DNA of 64,000 bases, from assembly GCA_965368975.1 (NCBI GenBank), contig CBDUPA010000007.1, positions 96,001 to 160,000 on the forward strand. The letters are read 5' to 3'. The notes below the pieces were generated by a model that was not told the origin of the DNA, did not search any database, and worked only from the letters and a program-made list of their open reading frames with translations. Source of the stretch: an uncultured bacterium. Lineage in GTDB: Bacteria; Acidobacteriota; Thermoanaerobaculia; Multivoradales; JAHZIX01. A program made the position numbers and the translations under genes. Shown in pieces: positions 24,920-35,250 of the stretch (its first letter is position 1; each line of letters begins with the position of its first letter).

Positions 24920-27061
24920 TTACTCGCCCTCTCCCGTGTACTTCTCCAGCCAGCCGAATACCTCGCTCCACCAGAGCATCGCCGCGTCCCGCTGCAGGAT
25001 CCAGTGGTTCTCGTTCGGGAAGATGACGATACGGGTGGGCACGCCCATGGCTTGCAGCACGCCGTACTGGTTGATGCCCTGCGTCACTGGCACGCGGTAG
25101 TCGAGTTCGCCATGCAGGATCAGTGTCGGGGTCTCGAAGTTCTTGGCGTAGCGGCTCGGGGAGTAGAGGTCGATGCGGTCGGGGTCGGTCCATGGTGAGG
25201 CGCCGTAGTTGTGGTTGCGGCCCCAGGTGGCGTCGGAGGCGAATTGGGCCATCAGGTCGTAGACGCCGGCATGGTTGATCAGCGCGGCGAACCGATCGGT
25301 GTGACCGAGGATCCAGCTCACCATGTAGCCACCGTAGGAACCGCCCGCGGCGGCCATGCGCTTCTCGTCGATGTAGCCGGTGTCGATCATCGCGTCGGTG
25401 GCTTTCATGATGTCTTCGAACGGCAGGTCGGCATGGTTGCCCAGGATCGACTCGGAGAAGGCCTGGCCGTAGCCGGTGGAGCCGTGGAAGTTGACCATCA
25501 CCGCGACGTGGCCCTTGGAGGCGAAGAGCGCCGGGTTCCAACGGTAGTGGAAGGAGTCCTGGAAGGAGCCGTGCGGGCCGCCGTGGATCAGGTGCAGGAG
25601 CGGCCACTTCTTGGAGGCATCGAAGCCCGGCGGCTTGATGATCACCGCGTGCACGGAGTCACCGGCAGCGCCGACGAAGTCCATGTCTTCGAGCGAACCG
25701 AAGTCGATCTTGGCCAGGCGTTCGGCATTCGGATCGGCGAGGGTCGCATAGTCGCTCTCCTGGCCGAGGATGCCGCCGTGCAGCTTGAAGGGGGTGTTGT
25801 GGGCCTGACGGCGGTAAACGAAGCGTACGCCGTCGTCGGTGTTTGCCGTATCGGCCGAGGACGCGACACCGCCGCGCGCCACGATCTGGGGTTCACCGCC
25901 GTCGATGGGCATTGAGAAGATGTGGGTGCGGGCTCGCTCTTGGGCCTGGAAGAGGACGGTCTTGCCGTCCGGCGTGGTGCTCCAATTGCTCGGTTCCGCA
26001 TCCCAGTCGGCCGTCAGCTCGACGAATTCACCGCTCGTGCGATCGTAGCGCGCCAGGCGGGTGAAGTCGGGATGGATCTCGGGACGGTCGGTGCGGCCGA
26101 ACAGGATGTAGCGGCCGTCCGGAGTGTAGTAGGGGCTGCTGTCGCCCGCCACGTTGGCCTGCGTCAGGTTGCGTGGCTCGGCCGGCTCGCCACCGTCGAG
26201 GTAGGCGCTGAGATCGATGGTGAAGATGTCGACGTTGAGGCTGCGGAAGGGCGGCGCGGTCGAGTTGCCGGACATCGCCAGTTCCTTGCCGTCCGGGCTC
26301 AGGTCCCAGCCGCCGCCCCAGCCGCTCCAGGCGTCCCAGCCGGGCGTCAGGTCCTTGACACTGCCGTCTTCCAACTCGACGGCGAAAACGTGGCTGACGC
26401 TGCCGTCGGTGGTGTAGTGATCCCAGTAGCGCAGTGTGCGGTTTTCGGTCGACTTGGCCTGGACCTTGTCTTCCTTCTGCTCGTCTCGGCGCTTCTTGAC
26501 CGCTTCGAAGTCGTCGTTCAAGTCTGGCCAGGTGGTGGCGCTGAAAGCGATACGGCTGCCGTCGCCGAACCATTGCGGACCGCCGACGCCGATCGGCAGC
26601 TCGGTGACCGGCTCGGCCTCGCCCGGACGATCCATGGGCAGGATGTAGAGCTGTGGTGGGCTGTCGCCCCGCTTGGAGGTGAAGGCCAGGCGGGTACCGT
26701 CGGGACTCCAGGTGGGGGAGCCGTCGCTACCCGTGTTGAAGGTCAGCTGGCGCGGCTCGCTGCTGCCGTCGGCGGCGACCAGCCACAGGTCGCTGTTGCC
26801 CTTGCCCTTGTCGTCGTAGACGGTCACCGGGTAGACCACCCACGCGCCGTCTGGCGACAGCGCCGGCTCGCCGATGCGGTGCATGGCCCACAGATCCTCG
26901 GGCGTGATGGCGCGCGGGCCTGTGGCCGTTTCTTCGCCGGCCGCAGGTGCGGCTGCTTCCGGTGCCTCTTGGCCGAGCACGGTCGTCGGCGTCAGGAGTA
27001 GGGCGGTGGTGAGCCACAGCAGGCAGGTGGCGAGCAGGACTGAGCAGCGAACTGGAAGCAT
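24920..27061 (-). CDS. S9 family prolyl oligopeptidase / dipeptidyl aminopeptidase
   Basis: PD40-like propeller repeats (WSPDG), HGGPH, GGSYGG nucleophile, HGELDYRVP, ENHW; start chosen at MLPVRC before the signal peptide. Confidence 0.92.
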   Translation of the reverse strand: MLPVRCSVLLATCLLWLTTALLLTPTTVLGQEAPEAAAPAAGEETATGPRAITPEDLWAMHRIGEPALSPDGAWVVYPVTVYDDKGKGNSDLWLVAADGSSEPRQLTFNTGSDGSPTWSPDGTRLAFTSKRGDSPPQLYILPMDRPGEAEPVTELPIGVGGPQWFGDGSRIAFSATTWPDLNDDFEAVKKRRDEQKEDKVQAKSTENRTLRYWDHYTTDGSVSHVFAVELEDGSVKDLTPGWDAWSGWGGGWDLSPDGKELAMSGNSTAPPFRSLNVDIFTIDLSAYLDGGEPAEPRNLTQANVAGDSSPYYTPDGRYILFGRTDRPEIHPDFTRLARYDRTSGEFVELTADWDAEPSNWSTTPDGKTVLFQAQERARTHIFSMPIDGGEPQIVARGGVASSADTANTDDGVRFVYRRQAHNTPFKLHGGILGQESDYATLADPNAERLAKIDFGSLEDMDFVGAAGDSVHAVIIKPPGFDASKKWPLLHLIHGGPHGSFQDSFHYRWNPALFASKGHVAVMVNFHGSTGYGQAFSESILGNHADLPFEDIMKATDAMIDTGYIDEKRMAAAGGSYGGYMVSWILGHTDRFAALINHAGVYDLMAQFASDATWGRNHNYGASPWTDPDRIDLYSPSRYAKNFETPTLILHGELDYRVPVTQGINQYGVLQAMGVPTRIVIFPNENHWILQRDAAMLWWSEVFGWLEKYTGEGE

Positions 27062-27186
27062 GCGGGGAATCCTCCGGAAGGGGTTCTCAGAACTGGTGTA
27101 GGGAATACAATGTGCCGGTGGGAGGCGGCCCTGCGCAGGGCTGTCGGCCGGCCTGGCTATTCGAAACTTGGAGGCATTACCGTACC

Positions 27187-28302
27187 ATGAGAGATCCTCG
27201 CATCCGCAAAGTCGCGGACGTTCTGGTGCACCACTCGACCCGCTTGCAGGCGGGGGAGAAGGTGCTGATCGAAGCCATCGACGCTCCCGAACCGGTGGTC
27301 CTGGCCTTGGTCGAAGCGGCGACTGACGCGGGCGCACATCCCGTGGTCCTGCTCAAGAACTACCGTATCTTCCGCCACCTGCTGCAGCGGGCCAGCGTCG
27401 AGGCGCTGGAACTCACCGCCGCCGCCGAGACGAGGCTCATGGACGGTGTCGACGCCTACATCGCGGTGCGTGGGAGCGACAACATCTCTGAGCTCGCGGA
27501 CGTGCCGACCGACCGTCTGCGCTTGTATGAGCAGCACGTCTGGAAGCCGGTGCATTTGGAGCGGCGCCTGCCGTCGACCAAGTGGGTCTTGCTGCGCTGG
27601 CCGACCCCCGGCATGGCGCAGCTGGCGCGCCAGTCGACCGAGAGTTTCGAGGACTACTTTTTCGACGTCTGCACGCTCGACTACGGCAAGATGTCGCGTG
27701 CCATGCAGCCACTCAAGGAGCGCATGGAAGCCACCAACCGTGTGCGCCTGGTGGCACCGGGCACTGATCTCAGCTTCAGCATTGAGGGTATCCCCGCCGT
27801 CGCCTGTGACGGTCGGCGCAACATCCCGGACGGCGAGGTCTACACCGCGCCGGTGCGCGATAGTGCCGAGGGCGTGATCACGTACAACACCCCCAGCCTC
27901 TACCGTGGTGTCATCCACGAGAACGTTCGCTTCCGCTTCGAGGCGGGCAAGATCGTCGAGGCCAGCAGTACGCATACCGGGCACCTCGAGGAAGTCCTCG
28001 ACACCGACGGTGGTGCCCGCTACATCGGTGAGTTCGCCATCGGCTTCAACCCCTACATCACGCGTCCGATTCAAGACGGTCTGTTCGACGAGAAGATCGC
28101 CGGCAGCATCCACCTGACTCCCGGCAACGCCTACGACACGGCTTTCAACGGCAACCGTAGTCAGATCCATTGGGACCTGGTGTTGCAGATGGATGCCGAG
28201 CGCGGCGGCGGCGAGATCTGGTTCGACGACACCTTGGTGCGCAAGGACGGCTTGTTCGTGGTCGAGGATCTCGTGGGGCTGAATCCCGAGAATTTGCTGT
28301 AG
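27187..28302 (+). CDS. M29 family aminopeptidase (AmpS/PepS-like)
   Basis: NIPDGEVYTAP, IGEFAIG, FDEKIAGSIHLTPGNAY, SQIHWDLV. Confidence 0.92.
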   Translation: MRDPRIRKVADVLVHHSTRLQAGEKVLIEAIDAPEPVVLALVEAATDAGAHPVVLLKNYRIFRHLLQRASVEALELTAAAETRLMDGVDAYIAVRGSDNISELADVPTDRLRLYEQHVWKPVHLERRLPSTKWVLLRWPTPGMAQLARQSTESFEDYFFDVCTLDYGKMSRAMQPLKERMEATNRVRLVAPGTDLSFSIEGIPAVACDGRRNIPDGEVYTAPVRDSAEGVITYNTPSLYRGVIHENVRFRFEAGKIVEASSTHTGHLEEVLDTDGGARYIGEFAIGFNPYITRPIQDGLFDEKIAGSIHLTPGNAYDTAFNGNRSQIHWDLVLQMDAERGGGEIWFDDTLVRKDGLFVVEDLVGLNPENLL

Positions 28303-28410
28303 GACAAGCCCGTACGCGAGCGCACGATCACGGAAACCCTGTTTTGGGTTGCATGGCCGATCCTCTAGAATCCGGGAACCTTGAACCCTTCCTTTCTTGG
28401 AGGAGACACC

Positions 28411-28584
28411 ATGAAGAAGCAGACCTTCCGCAAGTTGCAGCTCAAGCGCGAGACGCTGAACGTCGAACTGCTCGAACTTGCCTTCGGTGGCGCCGACACC
28501 GTCCTGGAGCCGGGCGAGGGCCCCGCCGAGCCGGAACCGCAGCCGCTGTCCGCTGGCCCGAGCTGGTGCGGCTGCGCTGCCTGA
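28411..28584 (+). CDS. Putative RiPP precursor with double-Gly leader (57 aa)
   Basis: RBS GGAGG; MKKQTFRKLQLKRETLNVELLELAFGG-ADTVLEPGEGPAEPEPQPLSAGPSWCGCAA. Confidence 0.8.
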   Translation: MKKQTFRKLQLKRETLNVELLELAFGGADTVLEPGEGPAEPEPQPLSAGPSWCGCAA

Positions 28585-28622
28585 CGTCGTTTTTCCACCC
28601 TAACCTCTCGAGGAGAATCCCC

Positions 28623-28775
28623 ATGAAGAAGACCCAGAGCCGGAAGCTGATCCTGCAGCGTGAAACCCTGCGTGCCGAACTCGAACTCGTCCGCGGCGGC
28701 CTGCCGGAGGGTGGTGAAGAGCAGTTCAAGGACCCGCAGCCCTTGAGTGCTGGTCCCAGCTGGTGCGGCTGCTGA
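28623..28775 (+). CDS. Putative RiPP precursor paralog (50 aa)
   Basis: RBS AGGAG; MKKTQSRKLILQRETLRAELELVRGG-LPEGGEEQFKDPQPLSAGPSWCGC. Confidence 0.8.
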   Translation: MKKTQSRKLILQRETLRAELELVRGGLPEGGEEQFKDPQPLSAGPSWCGC

Positions 28776-28795
28776 GAAATCCGTAGAAGGGACAG

Positions 28796-28826
28796 GGCGT
28801 CAGGGGGTCGATCGGCCCCTGACGCC
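28796..28826. terminator. Strong hairpin after the peptide genes
   Basis: GGCGTCAGGGG...CCCCTGACGCC between convergent genes. Confidence 0.6.
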
Positions 28827-28839
28827 TCCTCTTGCTGGC

Positions 28840-30237
28840 TCACGTACTCTCTGTGGTTGCCGCCAACGCCTCTACTTCTCGATAGATCTCTCGTCTCAGT
28901 TGTTGCAGCTCCGTCGCTGTGCGGTCGCGTGTTCGCAACTGCAGATACGCGCGAACCTCGGCCAGGAAGCGGCGACGCTGCTCGTGGAATCGCAGCGCGA
29001 TCCAACCGGACAGCGGAGCCAGCAGACCGAGGCTCAAACCGACCCAGCCGTTGCTGGTCGCCAGGCCGCTGGCGAGCGCCAGCAGGAGCCAGGTGGTCGG
29101 GAAGAGGAAGAGGCCGGAGAACAGTTTGTAGGTCGCTGGTTGTTCGGGCTCGTCGGCGAAGCGGTCAGCGCACCAGCCGCTGAGGCGATAGGGTAGGTAG
29201 TTGAGCACTGTGCCAATCGCTGCGACGGGAAGGTGGAAGAGCAGCAGCGCGACGCTGCGCAACAGGTAGCGCAGGACCAGCGTCAGCGGATAGCGCGCAC
29301 CAACCTGATCGTCGCGCAGCCCGGTGGCGTCGAGCAGGGCGTCGTAGGCACGCACCCGCTCCGCCAGAGCTTCGATCTGCGCCGGCTGCGTCTCGCGCAG
29401 CTGCTGGTAGCCGGCGACGAGCTGCTGGCTCAGCACGCCACGCTCGGCGAGCGGTGTTTCTCCCGGGGCTTCGCGGTGCAGGCGGGCTGTCAGATCGGCG
29501 GCGCGACGAATCAGGCGCGCCTGCTCCCAGGTCTCGGTGTTGACTGTCACCTCGCGCAGCGCCGCCTCGATGTCGGCGGTCAGCTGGCGTACCGTCTCGA
29601 AGCCGTGCTCGGCGTAGGCGGCCTGGTACCTCGAGGCTCGCAGTGGCGTGCCGATGCGGACCAAGGCGCGTGAACGGAAGCGGGTCTTCTCCTCGAAGTC
29701 GAGTCCCATGGGGATGATGCGGACGTCGAGCCCCCCGGGTGTGTCTTGGGCAAAGCGCTCTCCGGCTTCCAGGGCGATGCGCGCGGCGCCCGTCTTGAGT
29801 GGTTGCAGCTGGGGTTCGTCGTGGCTGATCCCCTCGGGGAACAGGCTCATGACGCCACCGTCGCGCAGCAGTTCGTGGCAGCGCGCGAACATCTGCTGGT
29901 TCTGCGAGGTGTCGACGTCGTCCTGCCTGCGGTAAACCGGGATCACCGCCGCCAGCTCCAACCAGGGGCGCAGGCTCGGCTTCTTCCACAGCGTGCTCTT
30001 GGCCAGCATGCGCGGCATGCGCGGCAGTGCGCCGATCACCAGGAGCGGGTCGATCAGGCTGTTGCCATGGTTGGCGACGACGATCCATGGTTGCAGGGAT
30101 CCGCCCGGCAGATTCTCCCGTCCGACCACTTCCAGGCGACGGAAGAAAATGTGTAGCACCAGCCGGCACAGAGCCAGCAGCAGGCGATCGAGCCGATGCC
30201 GCACCTCAGTGACCTCCGCTGACGGGCTCGTTCTCAA
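28840..30237 (-). CDS. PlsC-like glycerolipid acyltransferase with C-terminal TM helices
   Basis: NHGNSLID, IPVYR, FPEGISH, LKTGAAR. Confidence 0.88.
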   Translation of the reverse strand: MRTSPSAEVTEVRHRLDRLLLALCRLVLHIFFRRLEVVGRENLPGGSLQPWIVVANHGNSLIDPLLVIGALPRMPRMLAKSTLWKKPSLRPWLELAAVIPVYRRQDDVDTSQNQQMFARCHELLRDGGVMSLFPEGISHDEPQLQPLKTGAARIALEAGERFAQDTPGGLDVRIIPMGLDFEEKTRFRSRALVRIGTPLRASRYQAAYAEHGFETVRQLTADIEAALREVTVNTETWEQARLIRRAADLTARLHREAPGETPLAERGVLSQQLVAGYQQLRETQPAQIEALAERVRAYDALLDATGLRDDQVGARYPLTLVLRYLLRSVALLLFHLPVAAIGTVLNYLPYRLSGWCADRFADEPEQPATYKLFSGLFLFPTTWLLLALASGLATSNGWVGLSLGLLAPLSGWIALRFHEQRRRFLAEVRAYLQLRTRDRTATELQQLRREIYREVEALAATTEST

Positions 30238-31558
30238 GTTCCGGAATCGGCCGTGTGCGTGTGTGCCACGCCGCGGCCTCCCGCTGGCCGCGCCCCTCGT
30301 CGACGAACTGCATGCCGATCAGGCCGAGCAGGAACAGGCCGCTAGTGGCCAGGATCGCGATGCGCTGCGATCCGCTGGCAGCCGACAGCAAGCCGAAGAG
30401 CATCGGGCCGAAGGCGTAAGCACCCTTGCCCGCAAGGCCCCAGAAACCGAAGAACTCGCCGCTCTTCTCGGGCGGTGAGAACAGGCCCACCATCGCGCGC
30501 GACGCCGACTGTAGCGAGCCGATGCCGAGGCCGGCGATCAGCGCGATGGCCCAGAACTGGCCCTTGCTCTGGCAGAAGTAGGAACCGACGCAGACCCCGA
30601 TCCACAACACCAATGTCATACGGATGGTCAGGCGCCCGCCGAGACGATCCTGGACGAAGCCGAAGATCCACGCCCCGATGGCTGACGACAGTTGCAAGAG
30701 CAGAAACAGGCCGATCAGCTCACTGGCGGTGAAGTGCAGAGTACGCTCGGCGAAGATGCCGGCGAAGGCGATCACGGTGGTCAGGCCGGCCTGGTAGAAG
30801 AAGAACACCCCAAGGAAGCGCAGCAGTTCGGAGAAGTGCCGGATCTCCTTGGCCGTCGTTGCCAGGCGCCGGAAGCCGACCGCCGCGTACTCCACGATAC
30901 CGCGCTTCGGGCCACGCGGTGCTCGTTCCCGCAGCAGTGCGAAAGTCGGGATGCCGGCGAGCAGGAAGAACAGGGCCGTGCCCACCCAGACCAGGCGCAA
31001 GTCGGTGTACGTACCCAGGTTCTCCGGTGCTAGCAGTTGCTCTGTCGGCCAGTGCAAGCCGTCCATCAGCGGCCGCAGTAGCAGCAGGCAGATCAGCCCG
31101 CCCAGATAGCCGATGCCCCAGCCGAAGGCCGAGATGCGTCCGATGTTTTGCGGTGTCGAGATCTCGGGCAGGAAGGCGCCGGCGAAGTTCTCGCCGAAGG
31201 AAAAGGCGACGTTGGAGATCACCAGCAGCACCAGGGCGAAGACGATTTCCCCGGGTACCGCGAAGTACAGCGCTGCCGTCCCGAGCACGCACACCAGGTA
31301 GCTGGTGAACAGGAACGCCTTCTTGCGTCCCGAATCGTCCGCTACTGCCCCGACGATCGGCGACAGCGCCATCACCAGCAGGTTGGTGATCGTCAAGCCG
31401 AGGGCCCAGTGCGCGTCGGCACTCGGGCCGCCATCGACGACCTTGGTGAAGTAGACGCCGAAGGCGACGGTGATGATCAGCGTCGTGTAGCTGGAGTTGG
31501 CGAAGTCGAACATCGCCCAGCCGAAAATCTCTCGGCGCCGGACGGGGAGTGTGGGCAT
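30206..31558 (-). CDS. MFS transporter (UMF1/Atg22-like)
   Basis: WAMFDFANSSY, GAVADDSGRKK, GWGIGYLGG, about 12 TM segments. Confidence 0.9.
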   Translation of the reverse strand: MPTLPVRRREIFGWAMFDFANSSYTTLIITVAFGVYFTKVVDGGPSADAHWALGLTITNLLVMALSPIVGAVADDSGRKKAFLFTSYLVCVLGTAALYFAVPGEIVFALVLLVISNVAFSFGENFAGAFLPEISTPQNIGRISAFGWGIGYLGGLICLLLLRPLMDGLHWPTEQLLAPENLGTYTDLRLVWVGTALFFLLAGIPTFALLRERAPRGPKRGIVEYAAVGFRRLATTAKEIRHFSELLRFLGVFFFYQAGLTTVIAFAGIFAERTLHFTASELIGLFLLLQLSSAIGAWIFGFVQDRLGGRLTIRMTLVLWIGVCVGSYFCQSKGQFWAIALIAGLGIGSLQSASRAMVGLFSPPEKSGEFFGFWGLAGKGAYAFGPMLFGLLSAASGSQRIAILATSGLFLLGLIGMQFVDEGRGQREAAAWHTRTRPIPELENEPVSGGH

Positions 31559-31639
31559 GCAAGTCTCCTGGTGTGGACTTGATAGGTGTCAGACTCGGTC
31601 GGGAGACTTCACATTGTATCCCCAACGGGGAGAAGCGAA

Positions 31640-31936
31640 TCAGCTGACCTGGACCAGCGGTTCTGGCAACTGGAGATCTCGCGATGCATGGAAAAGGTCC
31701 ACGGCCTTCTGGGCATTGAGCCAGAACTCTGGAGTCGTCCGCAAGGCGGCAGCCAGCTTGAGTGCCATCTCCGCAGTGACGCCGGAGCGTCCATTGACGA
31801 TGCGGTTGATCACCTTGACATCGCAGCGTAGGTGATCTGCTAGCTGCTTCTGCGTCAAGTGTAGGGGGGCGAGGTATTCCTCGCGCAGGATCTCACCTGG
31901 CGGGGTAGGTTCGCGGGTAAGGTTCCAGGTGGGCAT
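31640..31936 (-). CDS. higA: HigA family antitoxin
   Basis: PPGEILREEYL, HTH, VTAEMALKLA, TTPEFWLNAQ. Confidence 0.92.
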   Translation of the reverse strand: MPTWNLTREPTPPGEILREEYLAPLHLTQKQLADHLRCDVKVINRIVNGRSGVTAEMALKLAAALRTTPEFWLNAQKAVDLFHASRDLQLPEPLVQVS

Positions 31937-31950
31937 GTGGTTTCCTCTCT

Positions 31951-32241
31951 TCAATGGTAATCGACGATATCGACATCAGCTGGTCCGTCCGGAGTCCAGC
32001 GGAAGACTAGCCGCCACTGGCTATTGACCCGGATGCTGTGGAGTCCTTCCAAACCGCCGCGTAGGCCTTCGAGGCGATTACCCGGTGGTGATCGAAGGTC
32101 GATCAAGTCGTGGGAATAGTGCAGCATGTCGAGCTTGCGCCGAGCGACTTTGGAGACTCCGAACCAGCGGACGCGAGGGCCCAGGCGACCGTGAACGAAG
32201 AAGGTCTCGACATTTGGGCAACTGAAGCTCTGGATCGCCAT
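31951..32241 (-). CDS. higB: HigB (RelE/ParE family) toxin
   Basis: ARRKLDML, DLRSPPGNRLEGL, HSIRVNSQWRLVF, IVDYH; upstream of the antitoxin. Confidence 0.92.
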   Translation of the reverse strand: MAIQSFSCPNVETFFVHGRLGPRVRWFGVSKVARRKLDMLHYSHDLIDLRSPPGNRLEGLRGGLEGLHSIRVNSQWRLVFRWTPDGPADVDIVDYH

Positions 32242-32329
32242 CCTCCGATAGTACCTTGAATGGGTATACCTTGTCGAGGTATTAACCTCCTTGGGGCTGG
32301 CGCACTGCTGGTGCTACCATTCCGGGGTC

Positions 32330-32668
32330 ATGCCCAACCTCGACGCTCGCTCTGACGATCTCCCTTCCGGCCTCGTCTTTTTCCGCCCGAGCACTCCCGC
32401 AGCCGTGCGGCGCCGCCGCTGGACCCTCGTGGCGGTGTTGGTGACGGCGGCGATCGCCTTGACGTGGCCGGTCTACAGCTTCTTCAGCGTCGCGACGCCG
32501 CTGATCCTGGGCCTGCCGTTGTCGTTGGCCTGGGGAGTCTTGTGGGCCTTGGTGATCTTCGTCTCCCTGGCCTGGCTGTTCTGGTTCGGCGACGAAGAGG
32601 GGGCGCCGTTTCCGGATGATGAACCCTCTGCTGGCGAAGACAACGAGACTGCAGGGGGGGAAGGTTGA
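32330..32668 (+). CDS. Small two-TM membrane partner of the solute symporter
   Basis: Two TM helices with PLILGLP; TGATG-coupled to the symporter gene. Confidence 0.7.
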   Translation: MPNLDARSDDLPSGLVFFRPSTPAAVRRRRWTLVAVLVTAAIALTWPVYSFFSVATPLILGLPLSLAWGVLWALVIFVSLAWLFWFGDEEGAPFPDDEPSAGEDNETAGGEG

Positions 32669-34158
32669 TGGACGTCGGCACGACGGCACTGGTGATCTGC
32701 AGCATCTACCTGGCGATCACGCTGGCCATGGGCGTGATCCCGGGGCTCAAGGTCTCCAAGAGTGTGACCGGCTACGTGGCCGGTGACCGGGCGATGGGCG
32801 CGCTGGTGCTCTACTTCGTGATCGGCGCTTCGGTGTTTTCGTCGTTCGCGTTCTTGGGCGCGCCGGGCTGGGCGTACTCGCGCGGCATGGCGGCGATGTA
32901 CATCATCGCGTATGGCACCTTGGGCATGGTGCCGCTCTACTTCATGGGACCGCGGGCGCGGCGAGTCGGGGCGAAGTTCGGCTTCGTGACGCAGGCGGAG
33001 ATGCTGGCACACCGTTTCGACAGCCGGGCACTGTCGGTGATCTTGGCGGTGCTCAGTGTGGTGGTCTTCGTGCCCTACCTGGTGCTGCAGATGAAGGGGG
33101 CTGGCCTGATCGTCACGACGCTCAGCGACGGTCGCATCAGTGCCGCGACCGGGGCGGCGGTGGTCTATGGCGTGGTGCTGATCTACGTGCTGGCCAGCGG
33201 CGTCATGGGGGTGGGCTGGACCAACACCTTCCAGGGCATGTTCATGATGGTCGTCGCCTGGGGACTCGGTCTCTATCTGCCCTACAAGTTGCACGGTGGC
33301 ATCGGGCCGATGTTCGAGAAGATTCTGGCCTCGGACGCTGCCGCCTTGCTCGAAGCTCCGGGGGTAACGGGTGCCGGAGACCCTTGGAGTTGGGGGGCCT
33401 ACAGCTCGGCAGTGCTGGTGTCGGCAGTGGGCTTCTCGGTGTGGCCGCACTACTTCATGAAGAGCTTCGCCGCTGGCTCGGAGCGTACGCTGCGTCTGAC
33501 CATCGTCCTCTATCCGACGTTCCAGCTCTTCCTGGTACCGATCCTGCTGATCGGCTTCTCGGCCATCCTCGCCTACCCCGGCGTGACGCCTTCGGACACG
33601 ATCCTGCCGTACATTTTGACGCAGGTGGAACTGCCGGCGTTGCTGATCGGCCTGGTGTGCGCGGGGGTGCTGGCGGCGTCGATGTCGTCGGGTGACGCGA
33701 TCTTGCACGCAGCGGCTTGTATCGGCGTGTGTGACGGCGTGGCCAAGCTGGGCCGGCCGGAGCGTGGCTGGAAGCTCGACGATCGGCGCCAGCGGCTGTA
33801 CATCCGCATCTTCGTGGTGGCCTTGAGCCTGGTGTCGTACTACTTCGCGGTGATCTCGAACATCGACATCGTCAGTCTCTTGCTCGGCGCCTACGGTGGC
33901 GTGGCGCAGATCTTCCCGCTGGTCTTCGCCTGCTTCTACTGGCCACGGGCCAACGGCACCGGGGCCTTGGCAGGCTTGCTGGCGGGCATCGGCACCAATA
34001 CCTTCTTCCTGCTGCTGCCACAGCTCAAGCCGTGGCCCCTGCACGAGGGGATCTACGGTTTGGCGGCCAATCTGCTGGCCCTTGTTTGTGTCTCGCTGCG
34101 GACCGCACCGCCGTCCGCGCAGCGCGTGCGCCCCTACCTAGACGCCGGCTCGACCTGA
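32668..34158 (+). CDS. Sodium:solute symporter family protein
   Basis: YVAGDR, FSSFAFLGAPG, GVGWTNTFQG, AASMSS; about 13 TM segments. Confidence 0.9.
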   Translation: MDVGTTALVICSIYLAITLAMGVIPGLKVSKSVTGYVAGDRAMGALVLYFVIGASVFSSFAFLGAPGWAYSRGMAAMYIIAYGTLGMVPLYFMGPRARRVGAKFGFVTQAEMLAHRFDSRALSVILAVLSVVVFVPYLVLQMKGAGLIVTTLSDGRISAATGAAVVYGVVLIYVLASGVMGVGWTNTFQGMFMMVVAWGLGLYLPYKLHGGIGPMFEKILASDAAALLEAPGVTGAGDPWSWGAYSSAVLVSAVGFSVWPHYFMKSFAAGSERTLRLTIVLYPTFQLFLVPILLIGFSAILAYPGVTPSDTILPYILTQVELPALLIGLVCAGVLAASMSSGDAILHAAACIGVCDGVAKLGRPERGWKLDDRRQRLYIRIFVVALSLVSYYFAVISNIDIVSLLLGAYGGVAQIFPLVFACFYWPRANGTGALAGLLAGIGTNTFFLLLPQLKPWPLHEGIYGLAANLLALVCVSLRTAPPSAQRVRPYLDAGST

Positions 34159-34198
34159 GCGGATCGGCTCGACCAGCGACGCGAGACAAGTCTGGAGG

Positions 34199-34888
34199 CT
34201 ATTCCGGCGTCGGTTCCGGCACCAGCCGGTGGCGGACGGCGTAGCTGACCGCCTGGGCTCGGCTGTGCAGGTGCAGCTTCTCGAGGATGTTGCGGACGTG
34301 GAACTTGGCCGTGTTCTCGCTCACGCCGAGCCGGCGGGCGAGCTGGCGGTTGGAGGTCACGCCGTCGACCAGCAGCTGCAGCACTTCCTGTTCGCGGTCG
34401 GTGAGTGCGGTCGGGTCTTTGCGCCCGCCGCCCTCCCTTGGGCCACCGCCGCGGGCGAACTCGCGCAGCACCTTGCGCGCCAGGCTGGGCGTCAGCGCCG
34501 GCTCGCCACGGGTCGAGTTCTCCAGCAGCTCGAAGAATTCTTCGGCTTCCAAGTTCTTCAGCAGGTATCCTTGGGCGCCGGCCTTGAGGGCTTCGAAGAG
34601 GTCGTCGTCGCTGTCCGAGGACGTGAGGACCAAGACGCGCACATTCGGCAGTTCATCGGTCAGCCGACGTGTGGCTTCGAGACCGTCCATTTCCGGCATG
34701 CGCAGGTCCATCAGGACCACATCCGGCTGGCACTCGTGCGCCAGGCGGACGGCCTCACGGCCGTTCTCGGCTTCCCCGACAACATCAATGCCGCGCGCTT
34801 CTAGCAGGCCTTTGAGGCTGTCGCGCAGCAGCGCGTGGTCGTCAGCGATGAGGAGCCTCATGGCTGGTTGTTCGGTCGATTCCGGCAT
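34199..34888 (-). CDS. NarL/LuxR family response regulator
   Basis: IADDH, LMDLRMP, GYLLK, LTDREQEVL...HVRNILEKL. Confidence 0.93.
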   Translation of the reverse strand: MPESTEQPAMRLLIADDHALLRDSLKGLLEARGIDVVGEAENGREAVRLAHECQPDVVLMDLRMPEMDGLEATRRLTDELPNVRVLVLTSSDSDDDLFEALKAGAQGYLLKNLEAEEFFELLENSTRGEPALTPSLARKVLREFARGGGPREGGGRKDPTALTDREQEVLQLLVDGVTSNRQLARRLGVSENTAKFHVRNILEKLHLHSRAQAVSYAVRHRLVPEPTPE

Positions 34889-35250
34889 ATCTCTCCAGGT
34901 GGTTCTTTCTTGGATCACGGACGTAGGCGGAACAACAAGTGCTGTAACGGTACCACGAGGAGCCGATGGAAAAGTACCAGCCAGCTCGATGTGCAGTTTA
35001 TGCGTTAGCTCGTATTTTTGCTGGTACGACCATGCGGCCGTTTCACCATTCGAGTATGCGACTAGGTCTTTGACCTTGCGCGAATTCTGAAGTCATGCTA
35101 GCTTTTGACTCATGTAATGACCGGCGTGTTTCACGCCGGATCTTCTGAGCTAGCTTGCCGTGCTCTCGCACGGACCGCTGCCTATGCGCGGCTCTGAGTC
35201 TTGCCCTTACGTCTACCTGATTTGTCTCTCGACCTAAGGGGGTCCATGAA

